The notes: generated by a model not told the origin, from the sequence alone. A stretch of 32,000 bases of DNA from Edaphobacter aggregans (GCF_003945235.1 NZ_RSDW01000001.1:390001-422000), one strand, 5' to 3'. Numbered from the stretch's first letter, positions 15,307-23,932 are shown. A program made the numbers and translations.

Positions 15307-15963
15307 ATGACGAAGGTAAATTATGGAAGACTCACTGCCGGACTGATCGCGGTCTGGTTTCTCTCGGCCCTGATGGCTTCGGCGCTTCATGTTTTCAAAA
15401 CGCCTGCGGATAAGCCGCCACTTCCACTTTTGCTCGCGGTGCTTATTCCTCTTGGTGTCTTCTGGGTATGGTATCGGAGTTCGGGATCGTTCAAAGCTTT
15501 TGTGCTGTCGCTCAATCCGGGCACTTTGACGAGCATCCACTCGTGGCGGCTGGCCGGATTTGCCTTTCTGGTGCTGTACACGTATGGCATTTTGCCGGGT
15601 GTCCTTGCGTTGCCTGCGGGATGGGGCGATATTGCGATTGGAGCGACGGCGCTTCTGGTCGGGATGAAATTTTCAAGCCCTAAGCACAAGAGAAGTTTCA
15701 TTACGTGGCAGTTGCTGGGGATGACGGACCTCGTCACGGCGATTACGCTTGGTGCGGCTGCTCGATTCATCGAACCGCAGGTGCTAGCTGGGCCACATGC
15801 GATCACGACGAGTCCCATGACCGTGTTGCCTTTGAGCCTGATTCCAACCTTCGCCGTGCCATTGCTGCTGATTCTTCATATCATCTGCATTGCCCAGGCT
15901 ATGCGCTGGTCCGAGCAGAGATATGGAAGCATCGGGCAGGCGGAGGGTTCTTTTGCGGCATAG
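15307..15963 (+). CDS. hypothetical integral membrane protein (about 6 predicted TM segments)
   Basis: 218 aa with repeated hydrophobic stretches (LTAGLIAVWFLSALMASAL, LPLLLAVLIPLGVFWVWY, LAGFAFLVLYTYGILPGVLAL, IAIGATALLVG, LLGMTDLVTAITLGAAA, VLPLSLIPTFAVPLLLILHIICIA). It is co-directional with MarR, 18 nt downstream. Confidence 0.7.
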   Translation: MTKVNYGRLTAGLIAVWFLSALMASALHVFKTPADKPPLPLLLAVLIPLGVFWVWYRSSGSFKAFVLSLNPGTLTSIHSWRLAGFAFLVLYTYGILPGVLALPAGWGDIAIGATALLVGMKFSSPKHKRSFITWQLLGMTDLVTAITLGAAARFIEPQVLAGPHAITTSPMTVLPLSLIPTFAVPLLLILHIICIAQAMRWSEQRYGSIGQAEGSFAA

Positions 15964-15973
15964 GGCTTAGACG

Positions 15974-17212
15974 CTATTTGGCCGTGTAGGGGGTCTTGAG
16001 GTAGCGGCGTGCGGCGTCGGCCTGGGATTGGTCTCCGCCGCCGGCGCTAGCTTGCTGGTATTGCTCGACGGCTTTATCGCGCTCGTGGAGAAGGTCGTAC
16101 ATCTGGCCGGCGTTAAGCTGAGCGCGGCGACGGAGCCAGTCGCTGCACTTAGGCTGAGCGGCGGCGTTTAGATAGTTCTCGGCGGCTTCGGAGATGAGGT
16201 TCTGGCCGCGCTGGGTGTCGGCGAGGCCGAAGTAGGCCATCTGCAGACGAGGGTCGATAAAGTAGTTGGGCTTGTGGGAATCTTCGAGGACTTTCTTATA
16301 GGCGGCTATGGCTGCTGGGCCGTCACCTTTGTCCTTGGTGAGGTTGGCTTCTTCGAGGCGGAAGAGGTAGTCGCGTGGGTACTCGACGGCGAGGCCGTGC
16401 TGGACGGCGAGGGCTTCGGGGTAGCGGGCGTCATGGCGCAGAAAGAGGGAGAGGGCGGTGCGGGACTCGATGTTGGTGACGAGACCCTGAGCGGCGGCAT
16501 CGCGGAGGAGGTCGAGGCCTTTCTCTTTGTTGCCGGTGACACCGGTGATTCCGATCATGATGCGGAGGATACGGGGGAGGCTGGCGACGGCGAATTGCTG
16601 AATACCCATGGCCATCTTAGCGTCGGCGTAGTCGGGGTCGATCTTGAGGGTTTGTTCGCTGTCGTTGCGTGAGGCGAGGCCTTGACGGGCGGCGGCGACG
16701 TAGCTGTGGTCGACGAGGGTAATGAAGGCGGCGTGCATGCCGCGGGCATATCCGCGGGCGAAGTATGCGTTGGCGTTATTGGGGTCGTCTTTGATCTGCT
16801 GATCAGCCATGGCGATGGCTGAGTTGGTGAGCTGCTCGATGTGGTCGCGGGTGGCCTGGGGAACGGGAACGCTACGCTTGGAGGTGAGGAAGGAGTCGTG
16901 CGCGTAGTAGGTCGTATCGAGGAGGTCCTGATGATAAAGCTCGCGGAAGATGAGCACCATCAGGACGTAGCCGGTGGCGATGACGCTTTGAGGGTTGGCT
17001 TTCTGGATGGCTTCGAAGCGGGTGAGGGCGCCGTCGTAGTCGAGGTTGTAGAAGTGCTCGTGAGCCTCGCGAACCTGCGGGGTAAGATTGATGGGATCGG
17101 TGTGGGGATTGATGGGCTGGGCGAGGGCTGGCGACGCAATAACTGGCAATGCGAGGGTGACGACTAGAAGGACGGCGGTGAGGACGGTCGTGCTGCGGGA
17201 CTTCAGAATCAT
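15974..17212 (-). CDS. secreted tetratricopeptide-repeat (TPR) protein
   Basis: Has a signal peptide (MILKSRSTTVLTAVLLVVTLALPVIASPALAQ) and TPR-like helical repeats (YNLDYDGALTRFEAIQKANP, NANAYFARGYARG, DYADAKMAMG, YPEALAVQHGLAVEYP, GDGPAAIAAYKKVLE). Start set at ATG 17212 with GGGAG upstream; the ORF-track start at 17260 adds 16 residues before the signal peptide. Confidence 0.8.
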   Translation of the reverse strand: MILKSRSTTVLTAVLLVVTLALPVIASPALAQPINPHTDPINLTPQVREAHEHFYNLDYDGALTRFEAIQKANPQSVIATGYVLMVLIFRELYHQDLLDTTYYAHDSFLTSKRSVPVPQATRDHIEQLTNSAIAMADQQIKDDPNNANAYFARGYARGMHAAFITLVDHSYVAAARQGLASRNDSEQTLKIDPDYADAKMAMGIQQFAVASLPRILRIMIGITGVTGNKEKGLDLLRDAAAQGLVTNIESRTALSLFLRHDARYPEALAVQHGLAVEYPRDYLFRLEEANLTKDKGDGPAAIAAYKKVLEDSHKPNYFIDPRLQMAYFGLADTQRGQNLISEAAENYLNAAAQPKCSDWLRRRAQLNAGQMYDLLHERDKAVEQYQQASAGGGDQSQADAARRYLKTPYTAK

Positions 17213-17390
17213 TCGCTCCCTGATGGTGTGCGCAACGGGCTTGAGCTGGGACCCGGGCACAGATTAAGTTTCGGCCAAGACGGCGAGCCTGTACGGTTAT
17301 TAGACGGTTGTCATCGTAAACTATACCCTTCTGCTGCATGTGATTGCCTGTAGTATGGCTGCACTGCTCTGCTGGGATTGAACGGATTCT

Positions 17391-17837
17391 ATGACACGGT
17401 TTGAGTTACTTCAGTTGCTGGTAGGTCAGGCGCGGGCCAATGGTTTCGAGTTTCGGCGGTGGTACGTCGGTAAGCTTGGGCTGCCATGGAAAAGTGCGCT
17501 CCAGGCCATTGAGACACTGGCCGCGGGACGGCGCTATTATGCGCTGCTGTTCTCACATGAATTTGCCTCAAGCTTCTGGAAGCCGGGGGAACTGATGACG
17601 TTTCAGGTGCCGACCCAGACGTTTACGCGGAAGATGCCGGATGGGACGATCGGCACGGTGTATCGCAAGGCATATACACGGCGCAGCACGCGTGAGGATG
17701 CCTGGAAATATCATCTGCGTGAACTTGCAGTAGCTGAGGAGCCGCTGCGATATATGCGGCGCTATCTGCGGGTGGAAGATGAGCTGGACGACGAGCCGGA
17801 GACGGTTCCACGGCAGGAATTGGACGACGAAGACTAA
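17391..17837 (+). CDS. hypothetical protein with acidic C-terminal tail
   Basis: 148-aa ORF with non-repetitive composition, which reads as coding, and the C-terminus EDELDDEPETVPRQELDDED. No family recognised. Confidence 0.6.
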   Translation: MTRFELLQLLVGQARANGFEFRRWYVGKLGLPWKSALQAIETLAAGRRYYALLFSHEFASSFWKPGELMTFQVPTQTFTRKMPDGTIGTVYRKAYTRRSTREDAWKYHLRELAVAEEPLRYMRRYLRVEDELDDEPETVPRQELDDED

Positions 17838-18385
17838 ACGCGGTGAACGGTTCGGATGGCGCGGATTTGCCGGAGATGGTGGCGGCCATGGATGAGGTGG
17901 AAGCGGCGCCACTGGTAGATACTAAGCGGCCCCAGGACGACGTGGCTGATGGCTCGGCGCGATCCGAAGAGGGATTCGGCCTGGGCGAAGAGCTGGTCGA
18001 TACGGGCGAGGCCGACAGCAGCTTTGTGGGAAAGTTCTTCCCCGGAGAGTGGCAGCGAGCAGTCGGGAGGGCAGACGGGTGAGGGGGCTTCGCGGCCGCC
18101 TGGGAAGTATCCGAGAGTCGTGACCGCATATTGACGGATACGCTGCTGGAGCGTTGGGTGAGCGCGGGTGGGAGTTCCCTTGGTCAGGCGACCGTTGATC
18201 GCTATCTCGGTGTTGGCATAGGTGAGGATGAGATGCTGGACGATTTTCTGGATGCTCCACTTATCCGGATTCGCCGTCGAGGGGCGAATCTGGGTTTGGG
18301 TGGCGTCGAGTCCCTGGAGGGAGATGGCTATCTCTCGCTGGAGTTGCTGGAGAATGGGATCCATGGCCGCAGGATTACGGTACAC
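17834..18385 (-). CDS. DinB-superfamily (DinB_2/DUF1569-like) protein
   Basis: Four-helix-bundle style with spaced His residues: WSIQKIVQHLILTY near the N-terminus and YQWRRFHLIHGRHHLRQI at the C-terminus. The start is uncertain, either GTG 18385 or ATG 18364 (MDPILQQLQ). Its stop overlaps the stop of the convergent 17391-17837 gene. Confidence 0.65.
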   Translation of the reverse strand: MYRNPAAMDPILQQLQREIAISLQGLDATQTQIRPSTANPDKWSIQKIVQHLILTYANTEIAINGRLTKGTPTRAHPTLQQRIRQYAVTTLGYFPGGREAPSPVCPPDCSLPLSGEELSHKAAVGLARIDQLFAQAESLFGSRRAISHVVLGPLSIYQWRRFHLIHGRHHLRQIRAIRTVHRV

Positions 18386-18408
18386 CGGAAACGCGAGTTT
18401 CGCCGGAG

Positions 18409-19224
18409 TTATTGAAGTTGCGTCAGAGCTTTGCGGGCTTGTTTGACCTTGTCGCCTTCGGGTTCGATCTTTAGGTAGTTGTTGAACTCGGCGATGGCTT
18501 CGTCGCGTTTCTGGAGCTTCTGGGCCAGATGGGCCAGGACGAAGTGGGACTCAGCGTCGTTCGGCTCGGTCTTGACTGCGTCTTTGGCGCGTTGATAGGC
18601 AGCGTTGAGGTCGCCGCGGTCTTCGTAGAACTTCGCTACGCTGATGTCTTCCGTGACGCGTTCGTCGTCGGTCTGGAGATTCTGGACCTTGGGGAGTTTG
18701 CGACGCGTCCGCGTGCTGGCAGCGCTATCGGCCGAAGGCGCGGGCTTTGAGGGGGCATCGGGAGCGGCGTTGCTGTCGCTGGGGCTGCTATCGCTCGAGC
18801 TGCTGCTGGAACTGGAACTGCTACTGCTACTCGAGTCGGTATCGTACATCGGCGGCGGAGTCTGGGTGGGGAATGGATGCTCGTCGGCTGCCGCTGAGTG
18901 GGGTTTCGTGGGCGTCGGGGCGTCGGGGGCTGCGTTGCCGCTGTCGCTTGAGCTGCTGGAACTACTGCTACTGCCCGAGTTCGAATCGTACAACGGGGGT
19001 GGGGTCTGGGTTGGGAATGGGTGTTCGTCGGCGGCGGTTGCAGGGGGCTTTGAGACACAGGGTTTGTCGGTTGCGGGCTTGCCCGTGGTTTGGCCCGGAG
19101 ACGGGCATGGAGAGGTGTCTGTGGGTTTCTGGGCGGGCGTCGTCTGGGCTACGCAGGCAGCTGAACACAACACTGCTGCCAGCATGGCGTGGAAGATAGA
19201 CCGGTTTGTAGGGCAGAATTTCAT
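18409..19224 (-). CDS. secreted Ser/Pro-rich repeat protein with C-terminal TPR-like domain
   Basis: Signal peptide MKFCPTNRSIFHAMLAAVLCSAACVAQ, then a Pro/Thr-rich linker. Two roughly 48-aa repeats follow, each containing AADEHPFPTQTPPP(L/M)YD plus a poly-Ser run. The C-terminus is TPR-like (AKFYEDRGDLNAAYQRAKDAVKTEPNDAESHFVLAHLAQKLQKRDEAIAEFNNYLKIEP). Confidence 0.75.
   Translation of the reverse strand: MKFCPTNRSIFHAMLAAVLCSAACVAQTTPAQKPTDTSPCPSPGQTTGKPATDKPCVSKPPATAADEHPFPTQTPPPLYDSNSGSSSSSSSSSDSGNAAPDAPTPTKPHSAAADEHPFPTQTPPPMYDTDSSSSSSSSSSSSSSDSSPSDSNAAPDAPSKPAPSADSAASTRTRRKLPKVQNLQTDDERVTEDISVAKFYEDRGDLNAAYQRAKDAVKTEPNDAESHFVLAHLAQKLQKRDEAIAEFNNYLKIEPEGDKVKQARKALTQLQ
18745..19035 (-). 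repeat. tandem duplication (period 144 nt, 2 diverged copies) encoding AADEHPFPTQTPPPxYD-polySer-NAAPDAP units
   Basis: Asp66 and Asp114 of the two AADEHPF motifs map to 19027-19029 and 18883-18885. DNA copies such as gaatcgtacaacgggggtggggtctgggttgggaatgggtgttcgtcggc and gtatcgtacatcggcggcggagtctgggtggggaatggatgctcgtcggc are roughly three-quarters identical by eye. The Ser runs use mixed AGC/AGT/TCC/TCG codons. Confidence 0.8.
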
Positions 19225-19383
19225 CCGTAACTAGATTACTCGTCTTACGTGTACTGATGCTTGGACGATGTGGAGCGGAGGTTTGTTATAGTCAGCTTGA
19301 AGATGGTGGGCGTTGGGTGAGGTTGGGGCTGATTCCCTGCTCCGAACGCAGTCATTACTGAATCTCTGTGAGTGTGTTTTGCT

Positions 19384-19854
19384 ATGGTCAATGGGCTTGT
19401 CGTTCGTTCTTCGTCGATTCATGCAGCCGGCTGCTATACGATGCGGGCTATCAAAAAAGGCGCGCGGGTGGTTGAGTATGACGGGCCACGCTTTACCAAG
19501 AAACAGGCGGATGAGCGCTATTCTGATCGACTTATCACTTACTTGTTCAGTTGCGGAAAGAATATGGTGATTGATGGGTTTGGGACGGCGATGTTCATCA
19601 ATCATTCGTGCGACCCGAACTGCGAGAGTGAAGACTTCGATGGGCGCATCTGGGTGACGGCGATCCGCGACATCGAACCTGGGGAAGAGCTGACGTACGA
19701 GTACAACCTGCATGACAGCGATGATGACGATGCCGATTGCTACTGCGGCGCGGGGAGCTGCCGTGGAACGATGTTCAGCGCAGATGAGGTGAAGCGTCGC
19801 GCAAGGCGGGCTAAAAAGAACCAGGTAGACAAGAAACAGGCGAAGAAATCCTAA
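19384..19854 (+). CDS. SET-domain protein (putative protein-lysine N-methyltransferase)
   Basis: VVRSSSIHAAGCYTMRAIKKGARVVEYDG, the FINHSCDPNC (NHSC) motif, GEELTYEY, and the post-SET Cys cluster CYCGAGSCRG. Start taken at ATG 19384; the ORF-track GTG at 19372 adds 4 residues. Confidence 0.88.
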   Translation: MVNGLVVRSSSIHAAGCYTMRAIKKGARVVEYDGPRFTKKQADERYSDRLITYLFSCGKNMVIDGFGTAMFINHSCDPNCESEDFDGRIWVTAIRDIEPGEELTYEYNLHDSDDDDADCYCGAGSCRGTMFSADEVKRRARRAKKNQVDKKQAKKS

Positions 19855-19865
19855 GGGAAAATCCT

Positions 19866-19901
19866 GAGGGCCGCGAACGCTACAATAGCGGTGCGGCCCT
19901 C
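19866..19901 (+). terminator. hairpin after the SET-domain gene (candidate terminator), ending 11 nt before the dnaX ATG
   Basis: GAGGGCCGC (19866-19874) pairs perfectly with GCGGCCCTC (19893-19901) around an 18-nt loop that has an inner CGC/GCG pairing. It is followed by GGTCGCTTCTT, a weak U-tract. Confidence 0.4.
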
Positions 19902-19912
19902 GGTCGCTTCTT

Positions 19913-21928
19913 ATGGGATATCAGGTTCTTGCACGGAAATACCGGCCACAGCGTTTCGCGGACGTCGCGGGACAGGATCACGTCACCGTTACGTTGATGA
20001 ATGCGTTGACGCAGGGACGCATTGCGCACGGCTACATCTTCAGCGGACACAGGGGTATAGGAAAGACGACTATTGCCCGCATCTTGGCGATGGCGCTGAA
20101 CTGCCGGAATGCGATCGGTTCGGCCCAGCGGGCTACGGCGGAGCCTTGCGAGGTCTGCGACAGCTGTGTGGAGATTCGCGCAGGCAATGCAGTGGACGTG
20201 ATCGAGATCGACGCGGCGACCAATCGCGGCATCGACGAGATTCGCGAACTGCGGGATGCGGCTCGATATCGTCCGGCGCGGGACAAGTACAAGATTTACA
20301 TCCTGGATGAGGCTCACCAGATTACGGATGCGGCGTTCAATGCGCTGCTGAAGACGCTGGAGGAGCCACCAGATCACATCGTCTTCATGATGGCGACGAC
20401 GCAGCCGGAGGATATTCCGCAGACGGTGCGGTCGCGATGCCAGCACTTCAGCTTTCATGCGGTGAAGCTGGTGGACATCCTGGGCGAGCTGCGCGGGATT
20501 GCAGAGCGTGAGGGCGTGGTGGCCGATGAGGCGGCGCTTGCTCTGCTGGCTGAGGCAGGCGATGGATCGATGCGAGATGCGCTCTCCATCATGGATCAGG
20601 CGATTGCGAGTGCGCCGACGGAGGATGGGCGGCCTCGGCTTGATGCTTCGCAGATTCGCGAGTTGATGGGGACGGTGCCGAATACGGTCTTCGAGAAGAT
20701 CCTTGAGGCTGTGGATGGAAATAACAGCGCCGAAGTGATTACGGTCGCGAATCAACTGCTGGATGCTGGCAATAGTCCGGCGCAGTTGGCTCGGCAATTC
20801 GTACGGTATCTGCGGAACTGTGTGATCGCGAAGATTGCAGGTATTGGAGCGGATGGTTCGGGGCTGGACGGTACGGCGACGGAGCTGCTACAGATCTCGG
20901 CAGATGAGCAGCGGCGTACAGGGCGGTCGGCTGCGCTGTTCGGCGAAGAGGAGTTGACGCGGTTTCTGCAGGTGATGCTGCGGACCTTCGATGAGCTTGG
21001 ATATAGGCAGGAGCAGCGGTTTCACTTTGAACTTGGACTGCTGAAGCTGGTACATCTGCGGCGACTACTTCCAGTGGAAGAGGTGTTAAGTCAGTTCCCT
21101 GTCGGTGGCGGATCGGGGCAAGTAACGCCGAGAACAACGGGTGCGACTAGTGCTTCTGCCCAGCCTGCTACTGTTCGTGCTGGCGCTCCTGTGTCTAGTT
21201 CGGCGCCTGCGGTAACTACTGCGAAGCCCGCATTTTCCCCGTTCGAGGCGGATCGGAGTCGCAAGCGGTTTGAAGGGGACGCGATTGTATCGGCTCCAGC
21301 GAAGGGCGAGATTCCCGCTCCTGTGAAGGCTGAGGCGGCTGTTGTGCCAAAGAATGTGGATCCTGTGCGTGTCACGGAAGCCGTTGTCGTTGAGCCAGAA
21401 CCAGTGGACGAGGCTTCGGTAACGACGATTACTGCAGAGATTCTTGGCACGGGCGCTGTTCCTGCTGCGGCGCTTGAGCCAGAGATTCCTCTGGTGGTAG
21501 AGAGTTCGAACTTGCAAACTTCATCCCCTCCTTCTGCATCCGCTGAGGAGTTTCAACGTGTCGCGACGGAAGCTCTGATGAATGCCAAGAGCCAGGGTTC
21601 TGCGGCTGATGCTATGGCCGATTCTGAGTGGAAGATTGAGGGCGGCGAGATTCGTGTGCAGACAGAGTTATCGAAGATCATGCTGCCGATGGTGGTGAAT
21701 CCCGAGGCGGACAAGATCGTTCGCGCCGCCCTACGAGAAGCTGGTGCGGGAGCACTGAAGCTAGTGCTGCTCCCCGGGACGGCGGCCGCAACCGAGAAGA
21801 AGAAGCCCAGGGCGGCGAAGACCGGCAGCGCGCAGGCAAAGGCCATGGAGCATCCCGTCGTCCAGCAGGCACAGCGGCTGTTCAATGCTGAGATTCGTAA
21901 CGTGATCGATCTGCGGGACAACGACTAG
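19913..21928 (+). CDS. dnaX: DNA polymerase III subunit gamma/tau
   Basis: MGYQVLARKYRPQRFADVAGQDHV, GHRGIGKTTIARILA (Walker A), the Zn module CEVCDSCVEI, YILDEAHQ (Walker B) and SRCQHFSF (sensor). The C-terminal region is long and Ala/Pro/Val-rich, as expected for tau. Confidence 0.95.
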   Translation: MGYQVLARKYRPQRFADVAGQDHVTVTLMNALTQGRIAHGYIFSGHRGIGKTTIARILAMALNCRNAIGSAQRATAEPCEVCDSCVEIRAGNAVDVIEIDAATNRGIDEIRELRDAARYRPARDKYKIYILDEAHQITDAAFNALLKTLEEPPDHIVFMMATTQPEDIPQTVRSRCQHFSFHAVKLVDILGELRGIAEREGVVADEAALALLAEAGDGSMRDALSIMDQAIASAPTEDGRPRLDASQIRELMGTVPNTVFEKILEAVDGNNSAEVITVANQLLDAGNSPAQLARQFVRYLRNCVIAKIAGIGADGSGLDGTATELLQISADEQRRTGRSAALFGEEELTRFLQVMLRTFDELGYRQEQRFHFELGLLKLVHLRRLLPVEEVLSQFPVGGGSGQVTPRTTGATSASAQPATVRAGAPVSSSAPAVTTAKPAFSPFEADRSRKRFEGDAIVSAPAKGEIPAPVKAEAAVVPKNVDPVRVTEAVVVEPEPVDEASVTTITAEILGTGAVPAAALEPEIPLVVESSNLQTSSPPSASAEEFQRVATEALMNAKSQGSAADAMADSEWKIEGGEIRVQTELSKIMLPMVVNPEADKIVRAALREAGAGALKLVLLPGTAAATEKKKPRAAKTGSAQAKAMEHPVVQQAQRLFNAEIRNVIDLRDND

Positions 21929-21941
21929 CGAGGAGGAGCGC

Positions 21942-22274
21942 ATGGATTTTTCCGATCTGGGAAAGATGAAAGAAATGATGGGGCAGGCGCGCCAAATGCA
22001 GGAGCAGATGGAGCGCAAGCTATCGGAGACTGTGGTTGAGGCGTCAAGCGGCGGTGGTGTGGTGACGGTTCGGATGAACGGGAAGAAAGAGGTTCTCCGG
22101 CTGAAGATTGAGGCGTCGGCGATTGGAAGCGCGGGGAGCGATCTGGAGTTGCTGGAGGATCTGATTACGGCTGCGGTGAATGAGGCGGGCCGGCGTGCGG
22201 ATGAAGCCATCAAGGCGAGCGTTGCGGGGATGATGGGCGGGCTTGGTCTGCCTGATCTGCCGGGGTTGCGTTGA
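21942..22274 (+). CDS. ybaB: YbaB/EbfC family nucleoid-associated protein
   Basis: 110 aa with [21 protein letters not shown]...[21 protein letters not shown]...[13 protein letters not shown]. It occupies the canonical dnaX-ybaB-recR position, with a GAGGAGGAG RBS. Confidence 0.93.
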   Translation: MDFSDLGKMKEMMGQARQMQEQMERKLSETVVEASSGGGVVTVRMNGKKEVLRLKIEASAIGSAGSDLELLEDLITAAVNEAGRRADEAIKASVAGMMGGLGLPDLPGLR

Positions 22275-22873
22275 TGGCGCGGTTTGCGGAGCCGATGACT
22301 CGGCTGATTGATGAGTTTAGGAAGCTGCCGGGGATTGGAACGAAGAGCGCTCAGCGACTCGCGTTTCATGTGCTGCGGTCTTCTTCGGAGGATGCTGAGA
22401 AGCTTGCGGTTGCGATTCGGGAGTTAAAGGCACATCTGCGGCTCTGCTCAGTGTGTAACAACATCACGGATGTCGATCCATGCGGGTATTGCACGAGCCC
22501 GGTGCGTGATCAGCGAGTCGTTTGTGTGGTCGAGGAGCCGACGAACATCGCGACGATTGAGAAGACGCGGAATTATGGAGGCGTGTATCACGTGCTGCAT
22601 GGAACTCTGTCGCCGATTGGTGGGGTGGGACCAGAGCAGTTGCGGATTGCGAATTTGTTGACTCGGCTCGGTGACGTGGATGAGGTGATCCTGGCTACTT
22701 CACCTACTACCGAAGGTGAGGCTACGGCCGGGTATCTTGCTCAGGAGATTCGCAAGACGAACGCGGACGTGAAGGTGACTCGGATTGCTACTGGGGTTCC
22801 GGCGGGAAGCGATATTGAATATGCCGATGAGGTGACCATGTCGCGAGCCATGGAAGGGCGTCGGGAAGTTTAG
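22274..22873 (+). CDS. recR: recombination protein RecR
   Basis: [24 protein letters not shown] (HhH), the zinc finger [16 protein letters not shown], and a Toprim region ([14 protein letters not shown]...[17 protein letters not shown]). Start taken at ATG 22274, overlapping the ybaB TGA (TGATG); TTG 22271 is the alternative. Confidence 0.94.
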   Translation: MARFAEPMTRLIDEFRKLPGIGTKSAQRLAFHVLRSSSEDAEKLAVAIRELKAHLRLCSVCNNITDVDPCGYCTSPVRDQRVVCVVEEPTNIATIEKTRNYGGVYHVLHGTLSPIGGVGPEQLRIANLLTRLGDVDEVILATSPTTEGEATAGYLAQEIRKTNADVKVTRIATGVPAGSDIEYADEVTMSRAMEGRREV

Positions 22874-22918
22874 CCACATATTCAAATACGATTTACGTGA
22901 GAGTGATATAAGGCCATT

Positions 22919-23932
22919 ATGAACGGGTTGCTGAGTCGTCGGGGTTTTCTTCGTCAGAGTTTTGCATTTAGCGCGCTTGCCAGTCTGGGGTCTCTGCCTT
23001 CGGTTGCTGCCAAATCTGGCCATGAGCCGAACGTTGCGGCGAAACAATTGTTGATCCTTGGGGACTGGGGGTATGAGGACTTTACAGCACAGAGCCGCGT
23101 TGCTGGTGCGATGCAGCGATATGTGAGTGGTCATGGGATCAAGACCGACGCGCTGCTGATGCTGGGGGATAACTGGTATGGACCGCTGCCTGGTGGAGCG
23201 GAGTCGTCGCGGTGGAAGACGCAGTTTGAGGAGATGTATCCGAAGAGTGTGTTCGATTGCCCTGCGTACGCGATCCTCGGGAACCATGACTATCAGCGTA
23301 TGCCGGAGAGTAAGGTTGACGCTGAGTTGGAGTATGCCAAGAAGGCAGGGACACGGTGGACATTGCCGTCACAATGGTACCGGTTCGAGTTCCCGGCGAA
23401 GAAGCCTTTGGTGACGGTGATTGCACTGGATAGCAATGTGCCTCATCCAGAAGGCCCGCAAGCCAAGGGCGCGAACTTCACACTGACAGTAGAGCAGCAG
23501 GCGGAGCAGTTGGTGTGGTTGAAGACAGAATTGGAGAAGCCTCTGCGGACGCCGTTTTTGATTGTGATGGGGCATCATCCGATCTACTCGAATGGGCCGC
23601 ATGGGGATCATAAGGTTCTGCTTGCGGACTGGGAGCCTTTGCTTCGGAAACATAAGGTGCATATGTATCTGGCGGGGCATGATCATGACATGCAGCATCT
23701 GGAGTTTGATGGGCATCCGACTTCGTTTGTTTTGTCGGGTGGGGGTGGGGCGGATCTGTATACGTTGAAGATTGAGGAGGCGCAGCGGGGACCTTATGCC
23801 TCGAAGGTATATGGGTTCAGCCGTCTGGAGGTTACGCCGGAGCTGCTCCGCCTGGAGCATCTGGATGAAACGGGTCGGGTGATTCATGGATTCACGAAGT
23901 CACCCGATGGAGCTGTGCAGATTTTGTCTTGA
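22919..23932 (+). CDS. Tat-secreted metallophosphoesterase (purple acid phosphatase / ACP5-like)
   Basis: Twin-arginine signal LSRRGFLRQSFAFSALA. Metallophosphoesterase motifs occur in order: ILGDWG, GDNWY, GNHDY, GHHPIYS, GHDHDMQH. Confidence 0.88.
   Translation: MNGLLSRRGFLRQSFAFSALASLGSLPSVAAKSGHEPNVAAKQLLILGDWGYEDFTAQSRVAGAMQRYVSGHGIKTDALLMLGDNWYGPLPGGAESSRWKTQFEEMYPKSVFDCPAYAILGNHDYQRMPESKVDAELEYAKKAGTRWTLPSQWYRFEFPAKKPLVTVIALDSNVPHPEGPQAKGANFTLTVEQQAEQLVWLKTELEKPLRTPFLIVMGHHPIYSNGPHGDHKVLLADWEPLLRKHKVHMYLAGHDHDMQHLEFDGHPTSFVLSGGGGADLYTLKIEEAQRGPYASKVYGFSRLEVTPELLRLEHLDETGRVIHGFTKSPDGAVQILS

Noticed and set aside
14584-15540. 318-aa minus-strand ORF spanning the secreted-protein, MarR and membrane-protein genes
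   Set aside because: It is Arg/Pro/Ser/His-rich low-complexity translation, antisense to three plus-strand genes that have recognisable signal-peptide, MarR and TM features. This is a typical shadow ORF in GC-rich DNA.
17834-17837. Convergent genes with overlapping or near-abutting stop codons (17834-17837; also 23932/23934 and 15963/15974) and no room for terminators
   Set aside because: This is real in the sequence, but it is common in compact bacterial genomes. There is no further signal to interpret.
18724-18731. GCCGATAG (sigma28 -10-like octamer) on the minus strand
   Set aside because: It lies inside the Ser-rich protein coding sequence. The nearest TCAA/CAAA word is 13-14 nt upstream instead of 15, and there is no gene start downstream.
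19855-19912. SRP (4.5S/scRNA) gene, which often precedes dnaX
   Set aside because: The gap is only 58 nt and contains a single simple hairpin without the conserved SRP domain IV features. It is too short for an SRP RNA.
19880-20797. 305-aa minus-strand ORF antisense to the AAA+ region of dnaX
   Set aside because: dnaX motifs (Walker A/B, Zn module) are unambiguous on the plus strand. The antisense product is Arg-rich with no domain-like pattern.
19913-21928. Looked for a programmed -1 frameshift or slippery site (A AAA AAG, long A-run) in dnaX that could produce a gamma subunit
   Set aside because: No AAAAAAG heptamer or A-run of at least 7 is visible in the gene, so there is no sequence support for frameshifting here.
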